Shown here piece after piece: positions 9,745 to 21,800 of a DNA stretch of 64,000 nucleotides (positions within the stretch are counted from its first letter, which is position 1; the number at the start of each line of letters is the position of its first letter). Under the pieces are notes generated by a model that made no database searches, was not told the DNA's origin, and worked only from the letters and a program-made list of their open reading frames with translations. The translations under genes were made by a program, and so were the position numbers. The stretch is taken from positions 186,001 through 250,000 of the forward strand of contig QPMI01000005.1 of NCBI GenBank assembly GCA_004431415.1, read 5' to 3'. This DNA comes from Cyanophora paradoxa CCMP329. Taxonomy: Eukaryota > Plantae > Glaucophyta.

Positions 9745-10494
9745 TTAAGCTAAGATTTTAAAACGCTTCTTTTTGGGATGAACAGGCGAAGAATTTTCGG
9801 TCTTACGTTCTTCAGGTTCATTCTTAACCCATTTTGTAAAACGAAAACTCTTATCTTCGACAGCTTTATCAACGTACCAGGCCGTATCGTACTTGGTCCC
9901 ATCAAGGACTAGACACTGATAATCATGCGCCCACTTTTCGAACATGGCTATAAACTCATCCTTTGGTAGGTGAGAAAACTCTCTATATATTGCCTCAAGT
10001 TCGGTGTGATTTGAATAGCTAAAGAAAAAGCAGTAATCACTGTTCGATCTTATAGATTGACTCAATGCTGTTAGCTTTTGGGTCATAAGAATCGTACTGA
10101 TATTAAAATGACGACCTTGTGTAAAAAGTCGATTAACGGTCTTGCTATTTCGCAGATCAACAGTTTCAGAGGCAGCAACGAGATCATCCAATACAAGCAA
10201 TATCTGCGGCGCTTTCTTTTTGTTTTCAATCAAATTGCGCTGTGAATCAATGATTTCTGCAACGATAGATGGCTGAAAATCGTCGTAAAGCTCTTTAGTT
10301 ATTGCAGAGTATTCACCATTGAATTTGGTGGCAGTGAAAACGACGACTCGGTTGATCTTTGGATACAGCAGTCGAAGCAGATGCTTTGTGCAATAGAAGG
10401 ATTTGCCGCTATTAGACTTTGAAATAAACAGGGCCTTAAAAGGAACCCTCATTTCTCCCGGCTGGAACTTTGCGAGTTCTTGAGACTCATCCAT
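9745..10494 (-). CDS. A32-like (FtsK-HerA) genome-packaging ATPase
   Basis: Variant Walker A SKSNSGKS, Walker B LLVLDD, GRHFNIS, MTQ. Confidence 0.9.
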   Translation of the reverse strand: MDESQELAKFQPGEMRVPFKALFISKSNSGKSFYCTKHLLRLLYPKINRVVVFTATKFNGEYSAITKELYDDFQPSIVAEIIDSQRNLIENKKKAPQILLVLDDLVAASETVDLRNSKTVNRLFTQGRHFNISTILMTQKLTALSQSIRSNSDYCFFFSYSNHTELEAIYREFSHLPKDEFIAMFEKWAHDYQCLVLDGTKYDTAWYVDKAVEDKSFRFTKWVKNEPEERKTENSSPVHPKKKRFKILA

Positions 10495-10545
10495 CAAAAA
10501 ATTAAGTACTGATATTCGCAGGTGAACACAACCGCGACACTTCGA

Positions 10546-11934
10546 CTAGAGGTTCACCTTACGAAGACCCGCAGCATCAACAATTAGGACAGTGTGCAGG
10601 AGAGCGCGAATTTGGACGTAAATCTTGTTGTTTGCATCATACGCAGCAGGGTTCATGATATTCAGGAAGCAGCTGCTCGAGTTCGTCAGATCTACGAAAC
10701 CAGTTTGAGCAGCATTTCGAATCGATTTATCTCCACTAATGCAAAATGGCAAACCAGTCAGAACATATCTGTTAAGAGGCGCGTCTAGATTTGAGCACTT
10801 GAAGACATCAGCGATGAGTTCAGCACCTTGCAATAGAGGAACAGGCTCGTTTGAATAAAGCCGCTGGCCATTCAATTCGCAGGAAATAGTTATATCACGA
10901 GTATTTGCCTCGGTTTTGAGGACACTGTGTTTTCCGTCAGTTTGGTTCATATTTGTCTGCTTACGAATGCTAACGAACAGGCCGTAGCAAAGTCCACTGA
11001 TTTGAGACAGATTAATCCGGGTGGGCGCTCCCGCACCTGCATAAGTAATTGAATCAGCATCAACCCAGCCGACATCGGTAGCGGGAATTGCGATTCCAGA
11101 CGTTTTGACTTTCTCAATCACCTGGGCAAAAGTGGCCTCATCAACGTTGATACAATGAGCAATAATCTTTGGATTAGAAAGCTCCGGATTGGCAGGGGTG
11201 ACACTGAGAACATTGGGAGTTATATTCTGGCCGATGTTTGCAGGGGAAGCAGCGGCAGCTCCAACACTACCAAGGCCATCCTCTTTAGTGGCATCACCGC
11301 CGATGGCATATTCCGTTACAAACCTACCACCATAGCTGGTTTCAACAAAGCCCTGGGCACGATCACGGAACCAAACCTCGACAGACACCTCGCCAGAAAG
11401 AGCACCAATTGGGAGCACAGAACCCTCCCAGGGACATGGGATTTTTACACTGAAAATACCTCCAGCGCGATTTGTCCCCTGAGGTGGTGTTCCATGTAGC
11501 CAGCCACCGGACCGGTATTTCTTTTTGAGCTGAGCATCATCATTGTAAATCAGTGCGCTGTGAACAAGCCAGTCCTCGGGGACGATGTAGCTGTAGGAAG
11601 CATATTTGATTTCAATTCGCTTTACAAGAGCACCAACAGACCGCAGATAACCAGTGCGAACCAGGTCAGTGTCACCAGTAAAAGCGGTCAACTCGGGCAG
11701 GGTAAACTGGAGTTCGAGCCCCTGAAGGAAGTTGTATCTGGGAAGGAAGTAGGTGACTCGTTTACCGAAGCAGTCTCCATAGTCATTGCTTGGGTTGACA
11801 ACAACACGAACAGGCTTGGTTTGGCTCGTTAGACCCAACATAAGCTCATTGTTCATAAAGAAGTCCTTCGCTTCCTGTGGAGTTGTCAGGAGCTCTTTGA
11901 GGCCGAGCCGCTGCAAATTTTGAGTGACATCCAT
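10546..11934 (-). CDS. Major capsid protein (double jelly-roll, PLV type)
   Basis: ~460-aa beta-rich ORF between the ATPase and minor capsid genes; LPRY...LEL.F.LP and LVKRIEI patterns; clear homologue at 61609-62978; ATG at 11934 agrees with the homologue. Confidence 0.8.
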   Translation of the reverse strand: MDVTQNLQRLGLKELLTTPQEAKDFFMNNELMLGLTSQTKPVRVVVNPSNDYGDCFGKRVTYFLPRYNFLQGLELQFTLPELTAFTGDTDLVRTGYLRSVGALVKRIEIKYASYSYIVPEDWLVHSALIYNDDAQLKKKYRSGGWLHGTPPQGTNRAGGIFSVKIPCPWEGSVLPIGALSGEVSVEVWFRDRAQGFVETSYGGRFVTEYAIGGDATKEDGLGSVGAAAASPANIGQNITPNVLSVTPANPELSNPKIIAHCINVDEATFAQVIEKVKTSGIAIPATDVGWVDADSITYAGAGAPTRINLSQISGLCYGLFVSIRKQTNMNQTDGKHSVLKTEANTRDITISCELNGQRLYSNEPVPLLQGAELIADVFKCSNLDAPLNRYVLTGLPFCISGDKSIRNAAQTGFVDLTNSSSCFLNIMNPAAYDANNKIYVQIRALLHTVLIVDAAGLRKVNL

Positions 11935-12009
11935 CGATTTATATAATTGCAGTGAAAGAAAATAATTCTGCCGCTTCGCCAAGGCTCGCTTGCGTGCCGC
12001 GAGCTTAGC

Positions 12010-12965
12010 TCAGTTTGACGAATTGATCCAAGGATATGTCTTTGACCTTTTCTGGAGCTGAAGTTTTGCAAGTTCGTAGACAACATCACCATTGGGTTCG
12101 TCAGGACCATAACGAATTTCGAGAATAAATGACACAGGAGCTCCATTTAAATCAGCGATTCGCTGCATAAAATCGTATATCTCAATAGTCACAGAGTAGA
12201 GGTCCAGCTTTGAATAAACATACTTATACAAAGGATTTGCTTCAGTTGAATCGTAGTAGGCTGTCTCGCCTGGACGAAGGGCGCTTGGAATGCTGAGCTT
12301 TGAGAAGAAGCCAGGAATTGAAGTATTGGGCATACTGACAAGATCACCAATTTCAGGAATGCGAAGTAGCACATGATCATCGGGAGTGACATCGGGTTCA
12401 TAAGCGCCCTCTATATATTGAATATCGACAGTTAAATCCTTAGACCGAATCGGTAGAATTGATCGCAAGCCTAGCAGCTTTGCAGTTCGCTGAGCCCTAG
12501 CAACAGCCTGGTAGTTTCTGATTTCCCGCCCACCCAGGTTCGTTGGCAACATCAGAGCAATAAAGAACTCGAAGCTAGCTGTGAACCCTATTGATTTAAC
12601 TGCTGAATTATACGTGCACGTGATACCAGTCCCGTCAACCTATCGTTTATCTTTGTCACAAGCGAGGTGACGTCGTAATTTCCAGGTGGAATTGTAATGT
12701 TATTCCAGGCTCCAAAACCTGGCTGAGGTGGATCGGGTCCCTCATTTGCAGGATCATATTTGCACCAATATATATACGTGTCAAACACTAAATCCTCTGC
12801 TGGATCGAGTGCATCAACTGTGCTCATTGTGTTGGGGATCTCAGCTGATACCAAGCGCACAGCTTTCACATCCTGATAAACTTTAGGCAGTCTTACTTTA
12901 AATTTTGAGGTGGATGTCAGCTCATCCGCTTGGTGGCTTGCAATGCAGACGTAGTCCGTTGGCAT
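12010..12965 (-). CDS. Minor capsid (penton-like) protein 1; one frameshift at 12631-12633
   Basis: FKVRLP...VKAVRLVSAEIPN, IPPGNY, C-terminal DLNGAPVSFILEIRYG; colinear with 63082-64000; adding one G joins ORFs 12588 and 12010. Confidence 0.78.
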
Positions 12966-12993
12966 CTTTTTTATATCAGTTAGAGAATAAAAA

Positions 12994-13911
12994 ATGGTCG
13001 AAGACAAGCATCGACGCTGCGCCAGGCTCAGCTTTGACAGTAGAGACAGAAGGCCAATCGATTCAGAGGCAAACTTTGTGCTAGAAATAAATGAACCTAT
13101 AATCAATCCAGTTGCTGTTCGACTTACCCAGTGTGAGTTCGCAAACAGCCTTTACACGAGCATTAGAGATGAGTATCTTTCGATCACCTTCCCCAACATT
13201 TGGACGGAAAATCTGGCAGTTTTTGAGCCTGGTATAATTACTACTGCAAATATGGGCGAAACAGATCTTTACAACTTTGGCCTATCGTTTAAGTTTGAAC
13301 TGGGGGGAATCGTAATGGCATATTTCAAATTGTTTCGGGACCCAGAGACACTGAAGATGTCTGCCTATTGCAACCGTTCCTGCACAGTCACCTGCCAGTT
13401 CAAAGCTCTATCGAATCTGCTAGGGCTGAACCGAAATGAGTCTCTCCAGCTGTCTCCTATCGTGTTTGAAGGAGGGCAAAGATCAGTAACTGCAGCTGAG
13501 CGATATCTCGAGGTTGCTGGCATTCCAGTAACACCTTCACACCCTGAATATGGCGTGGATTTCACCGAAAGAATGCGGAGTGAGCCACTTGGTTATGCTG
13601 TCGAATTTCCAAAGATAATTGACATGAACAGCGACCAGTATCTATTCCTTGTCTGTGAAGAGCTTCGACCATTTGCTTCAAAGCTTCGCCGTGGGGCCAA
13701 AACAATGTGCAACTACGGGCTTGCTCGAATTCAAATGAGTCAGGACGTTGGCAAATTCGTTTATATAAATCAGGATCATCAAGGCGAATGGATCCCCATC
13801 GAAGAGCGTCTTGTGCTGACTTCCTTGCGACTGCGCATTGTAGACAGAGATGGTGATGATGTATTACTGAATGGATTGCCATGGTCTGGGGAGCTCCAGT
13901 TCATCACTTAG
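12994..13911 (+). CDS. Minor capsid (penton-like) protein 2
   Basis: FDSRDR...F.L.I...VAVRL...F.NS N-terminus and LRLRIVDRDG...LNGLPWSGELQF C-terminus typical of PLV minor capsid proteins. Confidence 0.7.
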   Translation: MVEDKHRRCARLSFDSRDRRPIDSEANFVLEINEPIINPVAVRLTQCEFANSLYTSIRDEYLSITFPNIWTENLAVFEPGIITTANMGETDLYNFGLSFKFELGGIVMAYFKLFRDPETLKMSAYCNRSCTVTCQFKALSNLLGLNRNESLQLSPIVFEGGQRSVTAAERYLEVAGIPVTPSHPEYGVDFTERMRSEPLGYAVEFPKIIDMNSDQYLFLVCEELRPFASKLRRGAKTMCNYGLARIQMSQDVGKFVYINQDHQGEWIPIEERLVLTSLRLRIVDRDGDDVLLNGLPWSGELQFIT

Positions 13912-14005
13912 GGAAAGTCGCCAGACAAACTGATTTGAAAAGTCGCAGACAAGCAGCTCGGCTGTGCCTCCGCCCCGTTTTATTTCTTGGCACAATATAT
14001 AAAAA

Positions 14006-14338
14006 ATGTCGCAGTTGATGCCCATAGCTCAGATTGAAAAGTACTTACCGTTGATGCGGGACAAAAAAGTATCACTTGTTGCGATTGGAGATAAGCCAAG
14101 CACACAAACAAACCTAGGTTTTCTGCAAGCTTACCGCCGATTTGGTCCTGACGGAATCAAAAAGGAGCTCGCAACCAAAAACACAACTTGGTATCAGCGA
14201 AGAGAGAATTACATTAAGAGGCGACTGGGAGGGCGTAATGGAGCACCATTTTGGGAGAAAGATAAATCTGGCAGAACTATTCCAACACGTCTTGGACTCT
14301 CTCTGATTTCCTGGGCATTCATGCCGCCGCCTAATTAA
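14006..14338 (+). CDS. Hypothetical basic protein (110 aa)
   Basis: ATG preceded by ATATATAAAAA like other element genes; fills the intergenic gap. Confidence 0.6.
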   Translation: MSQLMPIAQIEKYLPLMRDKKVSLVAIGDKPSTQTNLGFLQAYRRFGPDGIKKELATKNTTWYQRRENYIKRRLGGRNGAPFWEKDKSGRTIPTRLGLSLISWAFMPPPN

Positions 14339-15815
14339 TGTAACGTCCCCGGAAATCAAGCCGGAATGCATTCACATTTATAAATTCGTTTGTTATAATT
14401 TGCACATAGTTATATACCTGTGGGGTGATCAAATGCGAGTCACTATGCATTAGATCGAAGCCTGCCATTGTTGGGTTCGCAGCAAGCACATTTGCTAGGA
14501 CCGTATTTTCAAAAAGCCTCCCATCTTGGACATATCCTAAGTTGGTCAGAATGCTGAAATTAAATAGGACTCCGGCAGCAAAAGCTGGCCCATACATAAT
14601 GATTTGATGTAGCTCAAAAGGCTTTGTAAATTCGACTCTGATCCAGGGATTAGGTAGAGTGCCACCTTGGAACCCTGTTGAGTTGGGTCGCACATGAGAA
14701 GGTGGGTGCAATTCCTCAAAGTCGTTGCTTATGATGTTTGCATCTGGAATTATAAACCAGTTGACATCAAATGGCGGCTCAACTGTTAAAGTTGACGATA
14801 TGATTAGTCTGTCATCGTTCAGTAGGTTGTAGTTCGCCAATAGAAAGCTGCAGAGCGCATTTATTTTAGCATTTATTTCGATTTGTTTCAGCCATAAATC
14901 TGTTGTAGAAATCAAATAAGAAATATTCGATGGGGAGGCATCATCAAGCTTGCTCATGACTGCAGCTGGAAGAGGAACACTTAAACGCCAGTATCTAGTT
15001 AGATTCCTATCTGCATCAACTGGAAGCAGTTCCTGCATTTGAAAGTGCGATTCCAGCTCGCTACCAGCCATTAGCATAGAAATGATTGGGCTGCCTGAGA
15101 GGGATAGGATCCAGCCCAGTGCGCCCCAGCCTGACGTCTCCGAATTCGAAAAGCCTGCAGTCAATTGCTCACTGGCTTGGACTTCACCACAGCTAATGCT
15201 CACAAGAACAATTGGATCTTCTGCATCGTAAATTTTACTGGCGTGGCTGAGTGCAGCAACTGAGGGATTATTCAAACAGGCAATTGCCCCGTCAACAAGG
15301 TTTTTGTCCCCTAGAACCTTCGGTGGAAAGAATGTAGGTGCTGCTGAAGATGCTCTCACTGCATCACGAATCAGCGTGCTTGAATATGGCCCATCCTTCG
15401 TAAAAACTACTGGCTGCATCCGAACTGTATCAAACGCTGTAATTAATACGTCTTTTGTCGATTCTGCAATTGTGTAGTCCAGGGCAACGTCTGTAAGCAC
15501 CGACTCCAGAGGATTTGCATCATAGCGGCTTCCTGAGAGCAAGCTTGTGAGTGATCTCGGATTTGCAAATATTGTTGGCAGGTTCGTTTGATATAGACTC
15601 AAGATATCACCTGCAGAATATCGGTAAGCAAGAACAGAGCCTGGAGCTGATGGGATCGCCAATCCGGCCGCTATTATTGCCCCTGTTGAGGTGCCTGCAA
15701 AGAAATCAAACAGCTGTGGTATTGCTTTCCCAGTAATCGCCTCAATCCGTTGTAGAATTCGGGCTATGACTATTCCACGAGCACCTCCACCTGATAGTGA
15801 GAGAATGACCTTCAT
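14331..15815 (-). CDS. Patatin-like phospholipase with an extra C-terminal beta-sandwich (discoidin-like) domain
   Basis: ILSLSGGGARG, nucleophile GTSTG, ASSAAPTFF, DGA; tail PNPWIRVEFTKPFELHQIIMYG. Confidence 0.9.
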   Translation of the reverse strand: MKVILSLSGGGARGIVIARILQRIEAITGKAIPQLFDFFAGTSTGAIIAAGLAIPSAPGSVLAYRYSAGDILSLYQTNLPTIFANPRSLTSLLSGSRYDANPLESVLTDVALDYTIAESTKDVLITAFDTVRMQPVVFTKDGPYSSTLIRDAVRASSAAPTFFPPKVLGDKNLVDGAIACLNNPSVAALSHASKIYDAEDPIVLVSISCGEVQASEQLTAGFSNSETSGWGALGWILSLSGSPIISMLMAGSELESHFQMQELLPVDADRNLTRYWRLSVPLPAAVMSKLDDASPSNISYLISTTDLWLKQIEINAKINALCSFLLANYNLLNDDRLIISSTLTVEPPFDVNWFIIPDANIISNDFEELHPPSHVRPNSTGFQGGTLPNPWIRVEFTKPFELHQIIMYGPAFAAGVLFNFSILTNLGYVQDGRLFENTVLANVLAANPTMAGFDLMHSDSHLITPQVYNYVQIITNEFINVNAFRLDFRGRYIN

Positions 15816-15839
15816 TTTTAAAAGGGGGCTTATATAAAA

Positions 15840-18800
15840 ATGTCCTACATCTTGAAGAAGCCAGTGCCACTTCGTAGATCTCCAGATTTCGTTGATGATC
15901 GACTCATAAATATTCGCGTATTTGGAAGCATCTTGGCAGACTTCAATGCTGATCGTGACATCCACAGGACCGAGTTTAGTCGACCAGCTGCATTAATTCT
16001 GCGGAACTCTCACGTTGGTGCCCCAGATATTGCACAGAGATTCTGTCTTGGTCCCACTGAGAACTTTGTTGCTGAAATTATTGGGTCCAGGGCGTTGCCA
16101 CGACACCTGCGAATTGCCTCCTCAGGCACAGTCTCCAAGTATGATTCTGGTAGATTGATATTTAGGCTCCAAAATGATAGAGGGGTCCATACATCAGCTC
16201 TACGTCTAATTGATGAATCAAATGATGTCGCAAACAAAACTGCGGCTCAAATCACTGGGCGAATTCTCCTTGGCGAAGATGCTGCAATATCAGTGCTTGC
16301 ATCACAAATTCAGCCGTTCCCCTGGGATCTACTATATACCGATGCACGAGAAGCAAATCTTCTTTTCGGGTTTGATGTAAATCAAATCGATACCGAGCCA
16401 GCCACCAGGTTCGATATTCCTGGATGCACCTTCGGCTCTATCTTGATTGAGGCTGACAGGCACCTGCTCCCGGCATTGCATGATAGATATGACCTAGGGC
16501 TTCGCACCAGGCAGTGGAGAAATATTCATGGAACTAATATTTATCAGGATGGTAAGAAGGTTAGCACTGAAGAGCAGGTTATCAACATTTTCAACTACTA
16601 CTTCGGACCTATTGTCCCTATACCACCTCTTCCAGGGTTACCAAAGCCGCCAATCCCGGATGGACCTGGTCGAGAGCGAGTTGCTGATGAGACAGTTCCT
16701 TTCGGTCAACATATTGTCAGTTGGGAGCAAGTTCGCAATAAACCTATCTTCGAACCGAAAAAACAAATAGATGAACAGTATTTACCTCCTGAAATCGATA
16801 TATTAGAGCTTGATGATTACCAATTTGTCCCAGATGAGGAAGAGTTTTTACCTGACGGTTTCGACCCGCAAGAGTATGAGTATGATCAATACGACCCAAA
16901 TGAGGAAGAGTATTTACCCGATGGTTTAGATCCACAAGAGTTTGAGTATGAACAGAATTATGAACCCCATGAGGAATATTTAGCAGATGGTCTCGAACCA
17001 CCAGTTGTGGATTATGAGCAACCTTATGAACCCCATGAGGAGTTTTTACCAGATGGATTACAACCGGAGCTTTTTGAGTTCTTTCCAGATTGGGAACAGA
17101 TCAACAACAAACCAGCGAGATATCCACCAGAGGATCACAACCATGATTGGGATGAGATCTTGGGTAAACCTGAGAAATATCCACCTGAAGATCACAGGCA
17201 TGATTGGGGCGATATCGATGGAATTCCACCTGAGTTTCCGCCGGAAGACCATTTACATATTTGGAGCGAAATACGAGAGCAGCCCACTTTTGCATCAGCA
17301 GGAAATGTATTATTAGGAGATATTAACAATGGTGTGAGTCTCTACCAAAATATAGACACACCAGAAAGATTACAATTAAACGATTATTATGTGAATCGTC
17401 AGGGAATCGATGCAGGCACCACAATGGATGGCGAATTGTATATTAGACCACCCACAAGGGATGTAATATTACCACTTGGTGGTGGTATTGAAATAAAAGA
17501 CACAAAACCGGGAATCTACTTAACCAGTTATTATGCGGAAGACGTCCCAATGACAGGAGGTTTAATATCTTTACCATCAGATCCGGCAAACTATACAGAC
17601 AAAAACGCAGCCATACAAATTAATGTGACGAATGTAAGCGATTTGGATGGATCAAGACCGAAATTAATATTCAGCCGTGAGCAACTCGCAGCAGAAACAC
17701 TTTTAGAAGATCGTGACGATTATAAACAATGTGAGGTAGCATGGATTAAAACAAATTATAATGGTGGAGTTCCTGAGGGTCTTTTAGAAATCAATCAGAG
17801 AGCCTCAGCGAAAAACATTCATAACGAAAATATTTCAAGAGTCGTAACAGAAGATTATTTTAGATGGGATAATATCCCTGACGCACCCGAAAAATTCCCA
17901 CCCTCAGACCATGAACATGTTAAAGCCGATATTACAGATTTCGCACATGAACACGTCAAAGCCGATATTACAGATTTTGCCCACACTCACACAAAAGATC
18001 AAATAACAGATTTCGCACATGAACACGTCAAAGCCGATATTACGGATTTCGCACATGAACACGTCAAAGCGGATATTACAGATTTCGCCCATACTCACAC
18101 AAAAGCAGATATCTCAGACTTTGCCCATACTCATCTAAAAGCAGATATTACAGACTTTGCACATGCTCACACAAAAGCAGATATCACAGATTTTGCACAC
18201 ACCCACCTTAAAGCAGATATTACAGACTTTGCACATACTCACCTAAAAGCAGATATTACAGATTTTGCACATACCCACACAAAAGTGGATATCTCAGATT
18301 TTGCACATAGGCACAATTGGGACGAAATAGACGAACAGCCAGTATTCGCACAATTGAATGCAATCGGAAACGTTTTTAATGGAGTCACACTTTACCAATC
18401 GATTAATACACCTGAAAGGCTATTTTTGAATGATCATTATGTTAGTCTCAATGGGTCGTTTACAGGTCAAGACGGCACACCGATGGTGGGAACTCTTGCA
18501 GTAAGATTACCCAGGGATCCAATCGTAAATGGAGTGTATAGTGGTGATTTTAATGTAGGAGTAAATGATACTTTCCCCAGTATCTATGTCACGAATTATC
18601 ACCCGGGTGAAACAGGACAAGTAGCGGATTTTTCAGCAGCGATACAAGTAAATGTAACAGATCAAAGTGCATATGATGGAGCAAGACCTAAGATAGTATT
18701 CACAAGGGAGAAAGTTGTAAACTATCTTCCTGTTGCAGGACAACCCACAGATGATCACGGAAAATGTGAGATGGCGTGGATTAAGACAACATCAGGAGGC

Positions 18801-21800
18801 GCCTTAGAAGTCAATCAGAGAATGGCGGCAAAAAACTTACACAATACCACCCTTTCCGGTGTTGTTACAGATGATTACCTTACCAATAAAGGATATCTCA
18901 CGTCGGCGGATTTAAGCAGTTATGCAACCGATGCAGAATTAGCGGCGGCACTTGCGAATTATCTACCTCTTACAGGTGGAACCGTCACCGGAACCGTTAA
19001 CGCTACCACATTACAAATTGGTGGAACCACAATACCGAAAGGTTATGAATTTGACCAATTAGATGTGGTTTCGACAGATAGAAGCGCAAATAATTGGACT
19101 GTTAATTGGACAGGTCATAGAACGGGACTAACCGGATGTTATACGACACCTGAGAATGACGCAGATGTTACGGGTTGTTGGATGCGTTGGACAATTCCAG
19201 AAGGTATGAAATCGTTTTATATTCAACTTTTACTGTGGCATAATTGTCGATATTTCGATATTTACGGGCAAACTGTAAATGGACATCAACATTTCCTAAG
19301 ACGAATAAATAACTATCAAGGACTTCAGGATGTTGCAGTTCAAGATGGAACATACCCAGCTATAATATTTACTTCAGTAAACTGCGAATTTTACAGTAAA
19401 ATATATGTTCAAGGGCGAAAAGGTCGCATTTATCTTACAGGTGTCTTTGGTTGGAGTCGACAAAGAGCAACTGATAATGATGCAGGATTATTGCATTACG
19501 ATAATATTGCTTTCAATCCTGTTGGCAAATATTCCGAGTTTGATGTTGTAAGTGGTTGGAATAGCACAGGTGTAGCATTCCCAGCTGGGGCTTGGACAAC
19601 AGCATGGAAACCCACAACAGATAACCCAGTAGAGGGTTTTTATTGCAACCAGACAGATGATGAAAGTGGCAGTGGCTACATGCAGTGTGTTGTTCCAGCA
19701 GGAATGAAAACCTGTCACATACAATACTTATGTTGGACGAATTCAAGATATTTTGATATTTATGGATACCGCAATGGTCGTTGGAATTATATTATGAGAG
19801 TGAATACGTATCAAAATGTTCAAAACACAGCCGACACAAATTGGCATTCGAGTTTATTATGGACTTCCGTATTTTGTGGGAATTTCTCTCATATTGGAAT
19901 TTTTGCAAAGAAAGGACGAATTTACATTGGAATGCTTGGATGGACAAAAGAAGTAGGAAGAACAGCACCAGCGAATGGTTTGATTAGTTGGGATAATATT
20001 TACAGTCGTCCCGCTTTATTTACAGCCGCAGACCTCCCACAAACAGCAACATGGGCTGTCTCCACTTGGTTAAAATCAACGGATAATGTCCCACGATTTT
20101 GGTTTGGAAATGGTGGAACTACATACATTCGAGGTTATGAGCATAGTGATGGTGTATCGGTCGAATTCAGAAACTCAGCAGATGCATGGTTATTAAAATC
20201 GTATTCAAATGGTAACCTTGCAGTTAATAATACTGTGTCAGCTCCGACTCTAAGTGGAACAATTATTAATGGGGGTTCAATAAATGCAACTACAAACTAT
20301 AAATTTGGTGACAAAACAATGCCTCGATGTGTAGAGTATGACGCAACTGTTGCAGGAAATTCGCCACATGGTTATGCAGGAGGTTGGGGTTTTGAAGGTG
20401 GAACAGCATGGGAACCCTACTATAATTACGGTGGGTATGCTTACAATAATGAGAGTGGCGACACTGTTGTTAACGGCTCATGGGTTGATTACACAATACC
20501 CACTGATTTATATACGGGAACAGCCCACTTAACATATCTCCCTTGGGTAAATTGTCGTTACTTTGAGATTTGGGGAATTAATAGACAAGGAAATGCGGTT
20601 TTCATTGCAAGAGTGAATAGTTATCATCAATATGAAAGCGCACCAGATGGAAACCACAATGGTTTACAAAATGTCCCTATTATGTTGGGAAATCGCTTTA
20701 TTCGCCTTCGTATTATTCCAAAGGTAGGAAGAGTTCACATAATGGGCATTGGATTTACTCGCACTTGGACAGGAAGTAGTTATGGTGGTCACACAGGTTA
20801 TGTTTCTTGGGATAACATTTATAGTAAGCCAAATCTACTAACACCAAGTTTAGTTGGAAACATTATAGGTTTTGATACTTGGAGTGGAACAGGTAGTGGT
20901 GGTCTATCATTTAGTGGTTCTTGGGGGACAGGTTGGACAGCTTCTGTTTCTAATCCTGTGGATGGATTTTATAGTATCGTTGAAGGTGATTCAACAAGTG
21001 GAGACTGGGCGCAAATTGAAGTCCCAGCAAATATGCAAACATGTCATGTTCAATATTTGTGTTGGTCGAATTGTCGATATTTCGATATTGGAGGCTATCG
21101 AGCAGGTCGATGGTTCCACATTATGCGAGTTAATACTTATCAGACTGTCTCAAATTATGGAACCACAGATTATCACGATGGTTTGGCGTGGGCTTCTTTT
21201 GCTTGTGATTATTTCTCACATGTTAGATTTGTTGCAAGAAAAGGGAGATGTTATATTGGTATGGTTGGATGGACGAAAGAAAAAGGGAGAACCTCACCAG
21301 CAAATGGTATGATCAGTTGGGATAATGTATATAGTAAAGATGCTCGCACAACTTGGGCAACCGGAACTTGGATAACATCAGATGAAGGTAATGGGAGAGT
21401 TTATTTTGGTTCATCATCAACTACATACATTAAAGGTTACGGAGCAACAGTAGTAGAGTTTAGAAATACGTGGGATACAAATATAGCATATTTGGAACAG
21501 AGCGGATACCTGTATATTGCGGCATATTTGTCACAGGGAAGTGACAGAAGATACAAAACAGACATTAAAAAGATAACAGGCGCTCTTTCAGCGATTGAGA
21601 AATTAGAAGGAGTGAGTTTTAAACGAATTGGAAGCGAAAAAGATGGAACAAAATTAGGTTTAATTGCGCAAGATGTAGAAAAGGTAATACCAGAGGTTGT
21701 TAACGTGAAAAAAGACGATGGCTATCTATCTCTCGAATACACGGGTTTGGTTCCTGTTCTCATTGAAGCTGTTAAAGAATTGTCCCAGAAATGCAAAGAT

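Noticed and set aside
11982-12006. Short GCTCGC/GCGAGC hairpin between mCP1 and MCP
   Set aside because: The stem is short and I found no comparable hairpins after most other genes, so a terminator call is not supported
15816-15965. ORF-track upstream extensions of patatin (also mCP1 to 13106, MCP1 to 11982, and the 8113 and 8305 starts)
   Set aside because: They overlap divergent genes or lack homology; downstream ATGs with AT-rich leaders fit better
17910-18305. Regular 36-bp repeats resembling a CRISPR array
   Set aside because: Units are contiguous with no unique spacers, vary mostly at codon level within an ORF, and no cas genes are present
19100-21330. Repeated fibre domains as a possible diversity-generating retroelement TR/VR pair
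   Set aside because: All copies are in-frame and diverged at all bases rather than only at adenines; no reverse transcriptase in the window
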